From: Candidatus Cloacimonadales bacterium | Lineage (GTDB): Bacteria; Cloacimonadota; Cloacimonadia; Cloacimonadales; JAFGVF01 | Length of the DNA stretch: 64,000 nucleotides | Assembly (NCBI GenBank): GCA_963663475.2 | Contig: CAXXJV010000001.1 | Coordinates: forward strand, 2,080,001 to 2,144,000 | Direction of reading: 5' to 3' | Shown here: positions 9,663-19,352 of the stretch, piece by piece | Layout: every line of letters starts with the position of its first letter | Numbering within the stretch: position 1 is the first letter of the stretch | Translations under genes and position numbers: made by a program | The notes under the pieces: model-generated | What the model saw: only the letters and a program-made list of their open reading frames with translations | The model's database searches: none | Told to the model about the DNA's origin: nothing

Positions 9663-11027
9663 ATGAAAAATTATCTGACTATAATTTTAATTTTATTAAT
9701 TTTTATGCCAGTGCTTAGTCTAACGGTAGCAGAAGTGCCTATGAATGGTGATGGGTCTTTAGAGAATCCTTATGAGATTGCTAATCTAGAAAATTTGAGG
9801 TGGTTATCTGAAAATGATACAGTTTGGGGAGATTCTTTAAATATAAAGTATTTTGAACAGGTTGCTGATATTGATGCAAGTGATACTTATACTTGGAATG
9901 ATGGAGCAGGATTTCAGCCTATAGGTTATACTAAGTCTATAGCAGGATCTTCTGAGCTAGAAAGAAAATACTTTTATGGAGCCTATAATGGAAACAATCA
10001 TAAAATTCTGAACCTATATATAAATACAAGTCAAACTAATTATGAAAATACTGGTATCTTTGGATTAATTGAAAACGCAAGTATAAGTAATTTAATAATT
10101 GATGATGCTACAATAGTTGGAAACTCTGTTGTAGGAAGTCTTGTGGGTTCAGGAGGTAATTCAATAATAGAAAAGTGTTCAATATCATCTCTTATAAGCG
10201 GAGATGAGCTTTTGGGTGGTCTTGCTGGTATTTTGGCTAATAGTCAAATCTCTCAAGTTTCAGCTTATTCTATTCTTAATGCACAAGTAAGTGGAGGAGG
10301 TTTAGTTGGACTACTAAATAATTCTGACCTAGATAATAGTCATTTTACAGGTCAAATTAATATAGAAGAGAATTCAGTTAATCCTCTATTTGGTGGCTTA
10401 GTACTTACCCTTTTAAATTCAAATATCACCAATTCTTATGCAAACTTATCTTCTAATAGTACTTTTGGAGGTGGATTAGTTGGTATGGGAATGAATTCTA
10501 GTCTTGATGCTTGTCTTTTTAATAGTGATTTATATTCATCAACTTCGCTCATAGTAACCAATATAAATACTTCAATTAACTCTTCAAGTGGACTTTCAGC
10601 TTCTTCGCTTACTAACTCACAAACTTATGCTGAACTTGCTTGGGATTTTGAGAATATTTGGTCTATAAGTGCTGAAGTTAATGACAACTTCCCTTATTTG
10701 CAATGGACTCTGAATTCTACTTCTTTAGAGGATAATGGTGTTACACCGATTACTACTAATAAATTAAATATTTATCCTAATCCCTTTAATCCTACTACAA
10801 CAATTGAATTTATATTAGACAAGGAAGAAGATGTTGTTTTAGAAATTTATAATATCAGGGGGCAGAAGGTTAGAACTTTAAACAATGGTTTGCTAGAAGC
10901 TAAGAAACATAAAATTGTTTGGAATGGGGTTAATGATCAAGGCAAAAAAGTTGCTTCTGCTTTGTATTTTGCTAGATTAAGAAAAGCTTCCCAGGAAATT
11001 ACCTCAAAACTTATACTTATGAAATAG
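9663..11027 (+). CDS. Secreted/surface protein with GLUG-like repeats and C-terminal FlgD-Ig/T9SS-type sorting domain
   Basis: Signal peptide MKNYLTIILILL (likely start; ORF track extends to GTG 9633), GDGSLENPYEI, GGLVG repeats, YPNPFNPTTTIEF...IYNIRGQKVRTL...WNG C-terminus. Confidence 0.85.
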   Translation: MKNYLTIILILLIFMPVLSLTVAEVPMNGDGSLENPYEIANLENLRWLSENDTVWGDSLNIKYFEQVADIDASDTYTWNDGAGFQPIGYTKSIAGSSELERKYFYGAYNGNNHKILNLYINTSQTNYENTGIFGLIENASISNLIIDDATIVGNSVVGSLVGSGGNSIIEKCSISSLISGDELLGGLAGILANSQISQVSAYSILNAQVSGGGLVGLLNNSDLDNSHFTGQINIEENSVNPLFGGLVLTLLNSNITNSYANLSSNSTFGGGLVGMGMNSSLDACLFNSDLYSSTSLIVTNINTSINSSSGLSASSLTNSQTYAELAWDFENIWSISAEVNDNFPYLQWTLNSTSLEDNGVTPITTNKLNIYPNPFNPTTTIEFILDKEEDVVLEIYNIRGQKVRTLNNGLLEAKKHKIVWNGVNDQGKKVASALYFARLRKASQEITSKLILMK

Positions 11028-11084
11028 TTACTGCATTCTATAAATTGCTCTATTCTCAAAGATCTATTGCATTATTGAGTTTAA

Positions 11085-11108
11085 AGGGGCGTATAAGTTT
11101 ACGCCCCT
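11085..11108. terminator. GC hairpin between convergent genes (terminator or REP-like)
   Basis: AGGGGCGTA-taagtt-TACGCCCCT perfect 9-bp stem. Confidence 0.6.
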
Positions 11109-11190
11109 ATATTTTAATCTAGAGTATGCACTAGGGCTTTTGACTTAAGAATATTCTACTATTCTCAAAGAGTTGCTCCATTATTTTGAT

Positions 11191-12120
11191 TTAAACACAT
11201 TCAACAGTCAGATGTTTTATCTTCTTGTTTTTTAAAATTTCTTTTTTGATTTCATTGCATTTTTCTAAATCTTGAGTTTTTACCGAACACATTACAGCTT
11301 TATCACCGTTAAGAATATCCCATATATGAATATCAGTAATTTCCAGATTATAAGTCTTTACTATATTAATGATATTTTCTTTAAGTGTTGGATCATCATC
11401 ATAATCTACTAGAATTTTACCAGTTGTTTTTAAAAGTCCAATACCCCACTTAATTACAATAATTGCTCCCAGTATACCAACTGCTGGATCCAACCAAATC
11501 CAACCCATATATTTAGCTCCTATCAGAGCTATTATTGCTCCAACGGAGGTTAAAGCGTCTGCTATCACATGCAGGTAAGCAGCTTTGAGATTGTGGTCTT
11601 CTTTGTGTTCATGATGGTCATGACAATCATTATCTTCATGAGAATGGTTATGATTATGTTTGTGATCATGTCCATGACTGTGTCCATGGTCATCCTTTAA
11701 TAATAAAGCACTTACAAAGTTAATTACTAGACCAATTACAGCTACTAAGAGAGATTGATTAAAACCAATATCTACCGGGTCGATAATTCTATGGAAAGAT
11801 TCCCAGATCATAACTAGGGCTGCTATAAGCAAGACAATTGCCGAAGTGTATCCCCCTAAAACACCAATTTTTCCAGTTCCAAAAGTAAATTTTGTATTCT
11901 CTGCATTCTTTTTAGTGATAATATAGGCGAAGAGAGTTATTAAGAGGGCAAGGGCATGGGTTCCCATATGGATTCCATCTGACAAGAGGGCCATTGACCC
12001 ATAGATTAGTCCTGCAGCAATCTCTGCTACCATCATCACAGCAGTAATTAAGATTACTATAGTTGTTTTTGTTTGATTTTTCTGATTAGAAATATCTTTG
12101 TGTAATACATCACATTTCAT
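11191..12120 (-). CDS. dmeF: Cation diffusion facilitator, DmeF-like Co/Ni/Zn efflux transporter
   Basis: SMALLSDGIHMGTH, FTFGTGK, His-rich loop, DHNLKAAYLHVIADALTS, DIHIW, HLTVE. Confidence 0.85.
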   Translation of the reverse strand: MKCDVLHKDISNQKNQTKTTIVILITAVMMVAEIAAGLIYGSMALLSDGIHMGTHALALLITLFAYIITKKNAENTKFTFGTGKIGVLGGYTSAIVLLIAALVMIWESFHRIIDPVDIGFNQSLLVAVIGLVINFVSALLLKDDHGHSHGHDHKHNHNHSHEDNDCHDHHEHKEDHNLKAAYLHVIADALTSVGAIIALIGAKYMGWIWLDPAVGILGAIIVIKWGIGLLKTTGKILVDYDDDPTLKENIINIVKTYNLEITDIHIWDILNGDKAVMCSVKTQDLEKCNEIKKEILKNKKIKHLTVECV

Positions 12121-12123
12121 TTT

Positions 12124-12525
12124 TTATATTCTCCTTAATATTTTATCTAATAATTGGGTTAAATCTTGTTTTTCTTGGTCACTTAGTTCCTGAGTTAGCT
12201 CTTCAGCAAGCACATCATGGTGATGGGAATGTTCTTGGTATAATTCTTTCCCCTTGTCTGTAAGCTCTATATTGAAAGATCTTTTATCATTGTGATTAAC
12301 TAGTCTTCTTACTAAATTAAGTTTAGTTAATCTATCTATCATAACAGTGAGGGTGCCTGTGACAATACCGAGTTTTTCAGAAATTTCCTTCATCTTGATA
12401 GATTTATTTGATCCAATTACTTCTAGTGTATGCATCTGTTGTAAGGTAAGTCCACACTCTTTAACAGTTTCATGCTCCCAAGAAGAGAGCTTATCATATA
12501 ATTCTATAAGTTTTTTACTTAACAT
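12124..12525 (-). CDS. MarR family regulator with His motifs (AdcR/ZitR-like)
   Basis: GTLTVMIDRL, DKRSFNIELTDKG winged helix; QMHTLE and EHSHHHD. Confidence 0.88.
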   Translation of the reverse strand: MLSKKLIELYDKLSSWEHETVKECGLTLQQMHTLEVIGSNKSIKMKEISEKLGIVTGTLTVMIDRLTKLNLVRRLVNHNDKRSFNIELTDKGKELYQEHSHHHDVLAEELTQELSDQEKQDLTQLLDKILRRI

Positions 12526-12543
12526 AAGCTATCCTTTTATATT

Positions 12544-12584
12544 GTTTGACAGTCAAACTAATTAAAATTGTTTGAATGTCAAAC
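12544..12584. promoter_or_regulatory. Two palindromic operator sites overlapping the marR promoter
   Basis: GTTTGACAGTCAAAC (12544-12558, perfect palindrome) and GTTTGAATGTCAAAC (12570-12584); the second contains the minus-strand TTGACA. Confidence 0.75.
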
Positions 12585-12871
12585 TATTTCTTAGTGAATT
12601 TTCTCTAACCTACTAGATATGGTTATATAATCCCAAATAAATAAGTAGATTTTTGAGGAAATAATCGATTATTTTGCTCAAGAATAAGACTATCTGGGAT
12701 TATGGTTTGTATTTGTATTTGGTTTGTATTTTACCTTTACGGTTATTGGGCCTTTATTGCTGGTGAATTAGGCATGGATTAGGGCAAAGTCTAATAGACA
12801 ACAAATTAAGAAGTAGCAGAGATATGGTATAAAGTAGAGTAGGAGAATTGAGAGGCAAGTAAGAAGTAAGA

Positions 12872-12894
12872 AAGGCAGGATCAAGTCCTGCCTT
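12872..12894 (-). terminator. Putative terminator after iorB
   Basis: AAGGCAGGA-tcaag-TCCTGCCTT stem just downstream of the iorB stop. Confidence 0.65.
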
Positions 12895-12917
12895 GCTTAA
12901 GAAATATAGCTTATTAT

Positions 12918-13490
12918 TTATTTTGCAGCGTCAAAGCCTGCTTTAAGAGCTTTAATATTAGCATCAACAATAGCTTGACCTTTGCGACCAAAGATAGTTT
13001 TAATAGAATCTTCGATTTGTTCTAAAGTAAAGCCCAGAGTTTTAACTGCTGCTCCGAGAATAACAATATTCATTGATCTAGCTGAACCCAAATCTTTAGC
13101 AATTTTATCAGCATCAATAAGAACATGGTTTTTAACAGATTTAATCTTGTTATAAATTTCTTCTTTTTCTGGGTAATCAGGGATGTTAACGAAAGGGGTT
13201 GAATTAGCAATTAACCAACCATTTTCATTTAGGTAAGGAAGGTAACGAAGAGCTTCCATAGGTTCCACAGAAAGAATTAAGTCAGCTCCTCCCATAGGGA
13301 TAAGATCAGAGAATATTTCTTGGTCTGATATTCTCAAGTGAGATTGAACATCACCACCACGTTGACTCATTCCATGGACTTCAGCTTGTTTTAAGAACAT
13401 ATCAGAGGAAACAGCAGCTTGTCCAATAACAGTAGCAATGGTAAGAATACCTTGTCCACCAACACCGGCTAATATAATATCTTTTTTCAT
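12918..13490 (-). CDS. iorB: Indolepyruvate ferredoxin oxidoreductase subunit beta
   Basis: GVGGQG, AEVHGMSQRGG, EPMEALRY. Confidence 0.93.
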   Translation of the reverse strand: MKKDIILAGVGGQGILTIATVIGQAAVSSDMFLKQAEVHGMSQRGGDVQSHLRISDQEIFSDLIPMGGADLILSVEPMEALRYLPYLNENGWLIANSTPFVNIPDYPEKEEIYNKIKSVKNHVLIDADKIAKDLGSARSMNIVILGAAVKTLGFTLEQIEDSIKTIFGRKGQAIVDANIKALKAGFDAAK

Positions 13491-13499
13491 TATAACCTC

Positions 13500-15089
13500 C
13501 TATTTCCTTACTTTTTTCTTAAGAGTTTGGATACATTCTCTACGTGGTATAATCACTGAAACGCCATTGTAAGCAATTTCTTCTTTAAATACTTGTACAT
13601 TTTCATCATGTTTGTTTTTAAGAGGTGTGATAACACGGATATGTTCTTCTTCAACACCTAAGCCTTTACATACAGCTTCAATTCTACCAAAACCAGTATA
13701 ATCTTGTCCACCAGTCATACCAGTTGTAGAGTTATCAAGAATAACGATAACAACATTATTTTTATCGAAGATACAATCCATAAGGCCAGTAAGACCAGAG
13801 TGGAAGAATGTAGAGTCTCCAATTACAGCAATAGCAGGATGAATACCAGCATCAGAAGCACCTTTAGCCATTGTAATAGAAGCGCCCATATCTAAACAGG
13901 TATTGATAGCATTATAAGGAGGCAAGAAACCTAGGGTGTAACATCCGATATCAGAGAATACTCTACCATTAGGAGTCTCTTTTAAAGAATCATTAATAGC
14001 ATTATAAGAATCAATATGAGGACAACCAACACAGAGAGCAGGTGGTCTGTTAGAGATAAAAGCAGGTTTTTCTTCACCGAAAGTATTTGGTAAGCCAAGA
14101 GCTTTTGCTACATGGTTAGGATTAAGTTCGCCAACTCTTGGAAGGCTACCATCTAATCTACCTTTGATTTTAGTATTGCCAGAAACAAAACCTTTTAATT
14201 GTTGTTCAACAACTGGCATGCCTTCTTCGATTACAAGAACTTGATCACATTCATTCATGATCTTTTCAACTTGCTTTCTAGGAAGAGGGTATTGACTAAC
14301 CTTGAGGATTGGATGTTTGAAATCAACTTTTCTTACATTTTCCATTAAGTAGTTGTAGCCAAGTCCACAAGCAATAATACCTAAAGTCTTATCAGAACCA
14401 TCTATATATTTATTAAATGGTGATTCTTCGGAAGCTTGTTCTAATTGAGCTTGCAAAGGAACTAATTTATCATATTTCATTCTTGAGAATGCTGGTAAGA
14501 GCATAAATTGGTTTGGATCTTCAGGGAAAGTAAGATCATTTTCAGCAATCATGTCTTTAGTAACAACACCAGAACGAGAGTGGGAGAGACGTGTCTCAAG
14601 TCTTACCATTACAGGAAGTTTAAATTTTTCGGAAAGCTCAAAGCCATAGAAAGCAGCTTCATAACATTCTTGTTGGTTAGAAGGTTCTATACAAGGAATC
14701 AAAGCAAAGTTAGCATAGATTCTAGAATCTTGTTCATTTTGAGATGAGTGCATTGAAGGATCATCAGCAACAGCAACTAAAAGTCCGCCATTTGCACCTG
14801 TCATTGCAGAGTTCATAAATGGATCTGCAGCAACATTTAAACCAACATGTTTCATTGTAGCCATAGTTCTTTTGCCAGCATAGGACATACCAACAGCTTC
14901 TTCCATAGCAGTTTTTTCATTAGAAGCCCATGTTCTGTGAATATCTTTTTCAATTGCGACCTTGTTTTTCTGAACATACTCAATTATTTCAGTTGATGGT
15001 GTACCCGGATAACCGAAGAAACCTGAGATACCAGCGTCAATAGCACCTTGTGCTAACGCTTCATCACCGAGTAAAAGTATTTTTTTCAT
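13500..15089 (-). CDS. iorA: Indolepyruvate ferredoxin oxidoreductase subunit alpha
   Basis: YPGTPSTEI, MKHVGLNVAADP, SSQNEQDSR, RPPALCVGCPH, DIGCY, GDSTF TPP motif. Confidence 0.93.
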   Translation of the reverse strand: MKKILLLGDEALAQGAIDAGISGFFGYPGTPSTEIIEYVQKNKVAIEKDIHRTWASNEKTAMEEAVGMSYAGKRTMATMKHVGLNVAADPFMNSAMTGANGGLLVAVADDPSMHSSQNEQDSRIYANFALIPCIEPSNQQECYEAAFYGFELSEKFKLPVMVRLETRLSHSRSGVVTKDMIAENDLTFPEDPNQFMLLPAFSRMKYDKLVPLQAQLEQASEESPFNKYIDGSDKTLGIIACGLGYNYLMENVRKVDFKHPILKVSQYPLPRKQVEKIMNECDQVLVIEEGMPVVEQQLKGFVSGNTKIKGRLDGSLPRVGELNPNHVAKALGLPNTFGEEKPAFISNRPPALCVGCPHIDSYNAINDSLKETPNGRVFSDIGCYTLGFLPPYNAINTCLDMGASITMAKGASDAGIHPAIAVIGDSTFFHSGLTGLMDCIFDKNNVVIVILDNSTTGMTGGQDYTGFGRIEAVCKGLGVEEEHIRVITPLKNKHDENVQVFKEEIAYNGVSVIIPRRECIQTLKKKVRK

Positions 15090-15296
15090 ATTTACTCCTA
15101 TTATTCATATTTGTTTTATTACTACCAAAATATCAGACTCGCTTATCTAAGGCAAGGATTTTTTAGTTTTTTTTCAGATTTTCATAAAAATGGAGTCAAA
15201 ATTGTATGTTAGAAATGCGAAAAAGTATTTTTCAATTGACAAGAATGCCTTGCTTAAAATAAATTACAAAAAAAATATATAATTAAAGGAGAAAAA

Positions 15297-16670
15297 ATGG
15301 ATAAGATGCCATATGCTGAACCCTATAAAATTAAAATGGTGGAAGCAATAAAATCTACAACTAAAGAAGAAAGAATTGAAGCAATCAAAAAAGCAGGATA
15401 TAATCTTTTTAATCTCCGTTCAGAGGATGTATTTGTTGATTTGATTACAGATTCAGGAACTGGTGCAATGAGTGATCAACAGTGGTCAGCTCTCATGTTA
15501 GGAGATGAAGCTTATGCAGGTTCAAGATCTTTCTTCAAAATGAAAGACACTATAAAAAGAATTCTTGGTTTTGATTATGTTTTACCTACTCACCAAGGAA
15601 GAGCTGCTGAAAATGTGCTTTTTTCTGCCTTAGTAAAAGAAGGTGATATAGTTCCGGGTAACAGTCACTTTGATACTACCAAAGGTCATATTGAATTCAG
15701 AAAAGCTACTTGTATAGACTGTACTATTGACCAAGCATTTGATCCGACACTAATTCACCCATTTAAAGGAAATGCCAACATAGAAAAACTTGAAGATACA
15801 ATTAAGAAGTTTAGAAATAATATCCCATTTGTAATCATGACAGTTACATGTAACAATGGGGGAGGACAACCTGTATCTTTAGAAAACTTAAGAGCTGTAA
15901 GAGCTTTATGTGATAAATATGAATTACCACTTTTCTTTGATTCAGCTCGTTTCGCTGAGAATGCTTACTTTATTAAAAAGCGTGAAGAAGGCTATGCTGA
16001 TAAAACCATAAAAGAAATTGTAGCAGAAATGTTTACTTTAGCTGATGGTATGACTATGTCTTCTAAGAAAGATGCTATAGTTAATATTGGTGGTTTTATT
16101 GCTATGCGTAGCGAAGATCTTTATAAAAAATGTTCAGTATTTAATATCATGTTCGAAGGTTACCTTTCTTATGGTGGTATGGCTGGTAGAGATATGGCTG
16201 CTTTAGCCCAAGGCCTAGAAGAAAATACTGAATATGCTTATTTAGATGCTAGAATTTCTCAAGTTGAATATCTTGGTCGCAGACTTAAAGAAGAAGGTAT
16301 TCCTGTAATGGAACCTTTTGGTGGTCATGCTATTTATGTTGATGCTCTTAGATTCTTACCTAATATCCCTCAAGTACACTTCCCTGCTCAAGTTTTAGGT
16401 ATTGAATTATATATCGAAGCAGGAGTGAGAGGTGTGGAAATTGGAACTGTCTTAGCAGATAGAGATCCTGTTACTAGAGAAGAAAGACCACCTAAAACAG
16501 AACTCCTTCGTTTAGCAATTCCTAGAAGAGTTTATACTAATAATCATATGGAAGTGATTGTTTGGGGACTTAAGAAAGTCTGGGAAAGAAGAAATGAACT
16601 TAAAGGTTTAGAACTAGACTATGAAGCTCCTATTATGAGACACTTCACAGCTACTTTTAAAAGAAAATAG
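15297..16670 (+). CDS. tnaA: Tryptophanase
   Basis: Beta-eliminating lyase (TDSGT, THQGR, SSKKD PLP lysine); has tryptophanase-type FDTT, VEIG, RHF rather than tyrosine phenol-lyase FTTT, MERG, RFF. Confidence 0.9.
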   Translation: MDKMPYAEPYKIKMVEAIKSTTKEERIEAIKKAGYNLFNLRSEDVFVDLITDSGTGAMSDQQWSALMLGDEAYAGSRSFFKMKDTIKRILGFDYVLPTHQGRAAENVLFSALVKEGDIVPGNSHFDTTKGHIEFRKATCIDCTIDQAFDPTLIHPFKGNANIEKLEDTIKKFRNNIPFVIMTVTCNNGGGQPVSLENLRAVRALCDKYELPLFFDSARFAENAYFIKKREEGYADKTIKEIVAEMFTLADGMTMSSKKDAIVNIGGFIAMRSEDLYKKCSVFNIMFEGYLSYGGMAGRDMAALAQGLEENTEYAYLDARISQVEYLGRRLKEEGIPVMEPFGGHAIYVDALRFLPNIPQVHFPAQVLGIELYIEAGVRGVEIGTVLADRDPVTREERPPKTELLRLAIPRRVYTNNHMEVIVWGLKKVWERRNELKGLELDYEAPIMRHFTATFKRK

Positions 16671-16680
16671 ATATTTTACT

Positions 16681-16711
16681 ACCCCTCCTCTTTTGATTAT
16701 GGAGGGGTTTT
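16681..16711 (+). terminator. Intrinsic terminator after tnaA
   Basis: ACCCCTCC...GGAGGGGT followed by TTT. Confidence 0.7.
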
Positions 16712-16892
16712 CTTGTCTATTTGAAAAAATAAGATAAGAGAAAAATAATCATTCTGAATTAACTCTTTTTACTGATATTTAAAAGTTTAAGGCTAAAGAG
16801 TAATCCGCTCCTGCTTCCTCAAAAAAGAATTTTTATTTTATTAGGGGCGAGAAAAGATGATACTAATCTAAATTAATAAGGAAGGTTGCTAT

Positions 16893-18146
16893 ATGATTAA
16901 CTGTTATAATGTATTGAAAGAATTAGATTTTGAACATCTTGCTGCTTCCCCAGAAGAAGCTAAAGCTAGAGAAATTATTAAAAAATATCTTGATGAATCT
17001 AACATAAACTACCAAGAAGAAGCTTTTACTATGCATGGTTTTGAAACTGGTAATAGCCAAATACTTGCTGGTGATTTGCAGATAGAAGCTCTACCATTTG
17101 GTTTGATTGAATCACAAGAAATCCAAGGCCAATTGGTAATCTTAGATAATATAAAAGTCGCAGAATATAATTATGGTGCCTTTAAAGATAAGATTATTAT
17201 GAGCTACGGAGTGAGTAGAAATGCCTTTGACCTCATGCTAAAACAGGGAGTGAAAGCATTTATCTCAGTTTCAGGTCCAAGAAAAGAAGCTTCTAATCTT
17301 TCACATAGACAAGAAAATGTTACAAGTGGCTTGTTGCCATCTGTCAGTATCAGATATGAAGATGCTATAAAACTAATTCCCCATAATGGTTCAGATATTC
17401 ATATAAAAATTGACCAGAAAAGATTTGAAAGAAAAGCATATAATATAGTTGCTAGTATTGGCCAAGCTAATATAGACCAAAATATTACTTACTTAACTGC
17501 TCATTATGATACTGTTGCTCGTTCTCATGGATCTTCTGACAATGGGGCTGGAACAGTAGTTATTCTTAAAGTTGCCCAATATTTCGCAGAAAAGAATCCT
17601 GATAGACAACTTAAAGTTATCTTTTGCTCAGGAGAAGAGATGGGTTTGTTGGGTTCAACAGCCTATGTTGAAAAGCATATTGATGAAATAAAAGAAAATG
17701 GTTCCTTTGTGGTAAATGTTGATGTAGCAGGTGATTATTTCGGTTCTGATAGAATGATGGTTATCGGAACTAACGAACTTAAAGGATATATGTCAGGTAT
17801 TTCTAAAGAAGCTGGTTATTGCTTTGATGATATTCTAAATATTTATAGCTCTGATGCTATGCCTTTTTCTGTTTATGAAATTCCTTCTGTTAATCTAGCT
17901 AGATTTGGTGGTTCAGCATCTAGTAAGATACATACCATAAATGACGATATGACAGATATCTATGATAAAAACTTAGACTTTTACTTTAATGCAACTGTAA
18001 ATATCTTAGAACGTGTCTTAACTTCTAAGATTTGGAACATTCCTAAAGAAATTGATCCATCTCTCAGGTCAAAGATTGAAAAATATATGTGGGGCTCACG
18101 TAGAAAAGAACCAAAATTAGAATGGAAACCTAACTATAAAAAATAA
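16893..18146 (+). CDS. M28 family metallopeptidase with PA domain
   Basis: TAHYDT, SDNGAG, GEEMGLLGS, NVD, SSD, IHTINDD. Confidence 0.88.
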   Translation: MINCYNVLKELDFEHLAASPEEAKAREIIKKYLDESNINYQEEAFTMHGFETGNSQILAGDLQIEALPFGLIESQEIQGQLVILDNIKVAEYNYGAFKDKIIMSYGVSRNAFDLMLKQGVKAFISVSGPRKEASNLSHRQENVTSGLLPSVSIRYEDAIKLIPHNGSDIHIKIDQKRFERKAYNIVASIGQANIDQNITYLTAHYDTVARSHGSSDNGAGTVVILKVAQYFAEKNPDRQLKVIFCSGEEMGLLGSTAYVEKHIDEIKENGSFVVNVDVAGDYFGSDRMMVIGTNELKGYMSGISKEAGYCFDDILNIYSSDAMPFSVYEIPSVNLARFGGSASSKIHTINDDMTDIYDKNLDFYFNATVNILERVLTSKIWNIPKEIDPSLRSKIEKYMWGSRRKEPKLEWKPNYKK

Positions 18147-18272
18147 ATTAAATTATTGTTAATCAATAAGATATAGTAAAGTTAGACGTAAACTAACAAA
18201 AAAGTTATAACTTATTATTGACAAATTAGCAGTCTCTAAAGATTACTGCAAGAAAAATATTTCGAGGTAATA

Positions 18273-19112
18273 ATGGAAAATAAAAAGAAAGAAGAAGAGA
18301 TTAAAGAAAGTCAATATCAAGATAATCTCTCAAGAATAAAACATCGTATTGTTGTAATAAGTGGAAAAGGTGGTGTTGGAAAATCAACTACAGCTGTAAA
18401 TCTTGCCTATGGCTTAGCTTTTTCAGGTAAGAAAGTAGGTGTTATTGATGTTGATATTCACGGACCATCAATAGCCAAAATGATGGGTATTGAAGGTAAA
18501 CTTCTGCAAGCTGATGAAAAAAGTGGAAGACCAACTCCTGTAAAAGTTCATGATAACATGTTTGTTTTAACTATAGCAACCTTAATGCCAAATCAAGATG
18601 ATCCTTTAATTTGGAGAGGTCCTCTTAAAATGGGACTAATCAAACAATTCTTACAAGATATTGAATGGCCAGAAATAGACTACTTAGTAGTAGATTGCCC
18701 TCCTGGAACAGGTGATGAACCACTATCAATCATACAACTTTTAGGTAATGTAGATGGATCAGTAATTGTTTCAACACCTCAAGATGTTGCTTTCTTAGAT
18801 GCTAGAAAAACAATTAAATTCTCTGAAAAACTTAATGTCCCTATCTTGGGATTAGTCGAAAATATGGCTTCCTTTGTTTGCCCTCACTGCGGTGAACCAA
18901 TTACTCTTTTCCAAGGCCAAGGAGCTAAAAAAGCAGCTGAAGACTTTGGGGTAGAAATACTTGGTAATATCCCTGTTGATGTTAATATTCCTAAGACAAC
19001 TGATGGTGGAAGACCTTATATCTATGATTATGGTAAGACTGCTGGTGCTAAAGAATTTACTAAAGTAGTGCATAGAATCATTGAGAAAGTAGAAAAAGTA
19101 AAAGTAAATTAA
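18273..19112 (+). CDS. Mrp/NBP35 Fe-S cluster carrier ATPase
   Basis: SGKGGVGKST, WRGP, DCPPGTGDE, ENMASFVCPHC. Confidence 0.95.
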   Translation: MENKKKEEEIKESQYQDNLSRIKHRIVVISGKGGVGKSTTAVNLAYGLAFSGKKVGVIDVDIHGPSIAKMMGIEGKLLQADEKSGRPTPVKVHDNMFVLTIATLMPNQDDPLIWRGPLKMGLIKQFLQDIEWPEIDYLVVDCPPGTGDEPLSIIQLLGNVDGSVIVSTPQDVAFLDARKTIKFSEKLNVPILGLVENMASFVCPHCGEPITLFQGQGAKKAAEDFGVEILGNIPVDVNIPKTTDGGRPYIYDYGKTAGAKEFTKVVHRIIEKVEKVKVN

Positions 19113-19122
19113 TCAATATTGA

Positions 19123-19223
19123 TTAAACCCAAATAAGGCCTTAGACCTTTACGAATAGCAGAATCTTCTTTTGCAAAAGAAGATAGCAATCTTCATCAAA
19201 GTTCTATTGTACCATTCGGGTAA
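19123..19223. repeat. MITE-like dispersed repeat, short form
   Basis: TTAAACCCAAATAAGGCCTTAGACCTTTACGAATAGCAGAATCTTCTTTTGCAAAAGAA...AAAGTTCTATTGTACCATTCGGGTAA; imperfect terminal inverted repeats. Confidence 0.75.
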
Positions 19224-19294
19224 AAAAATACATAACAGTCTTCTATTCTCTTTAACAAGAATAATAATGAATAAAGATTGTTGAAAAAAATAGC

Positions 19295-19334
19295 TTAACC
19301 CAGGGTGTTTACTAAATAACTAACCCTGGGTTAA
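19295..19334. repeat. 12-bp inverted repeat (REP-like)
   Basis: TTAACCCAGGGT ... ACCCTGGGTTAA. Confidence 0.6.
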
Positions 19335-19352
19335 ATTTTATGAGGATAGGAA

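Noticed and set aside
15190-15282. TnaC-like leader peptide (MESKLYVRNAKKYFSIDKN...; KYFSID resembles KWFNID)
   Set aside because: No Trp, no terminal Pro and no RBS. The ID codons coincide with a TTGACA promoter box, and there is no spacer before tnaA for attenuation.
15297-16670. Tyrosine phenol-lyase
   Set aside because: Diagnostic residues (FDTT, VEIG, RHF) are tryptophanase-type.
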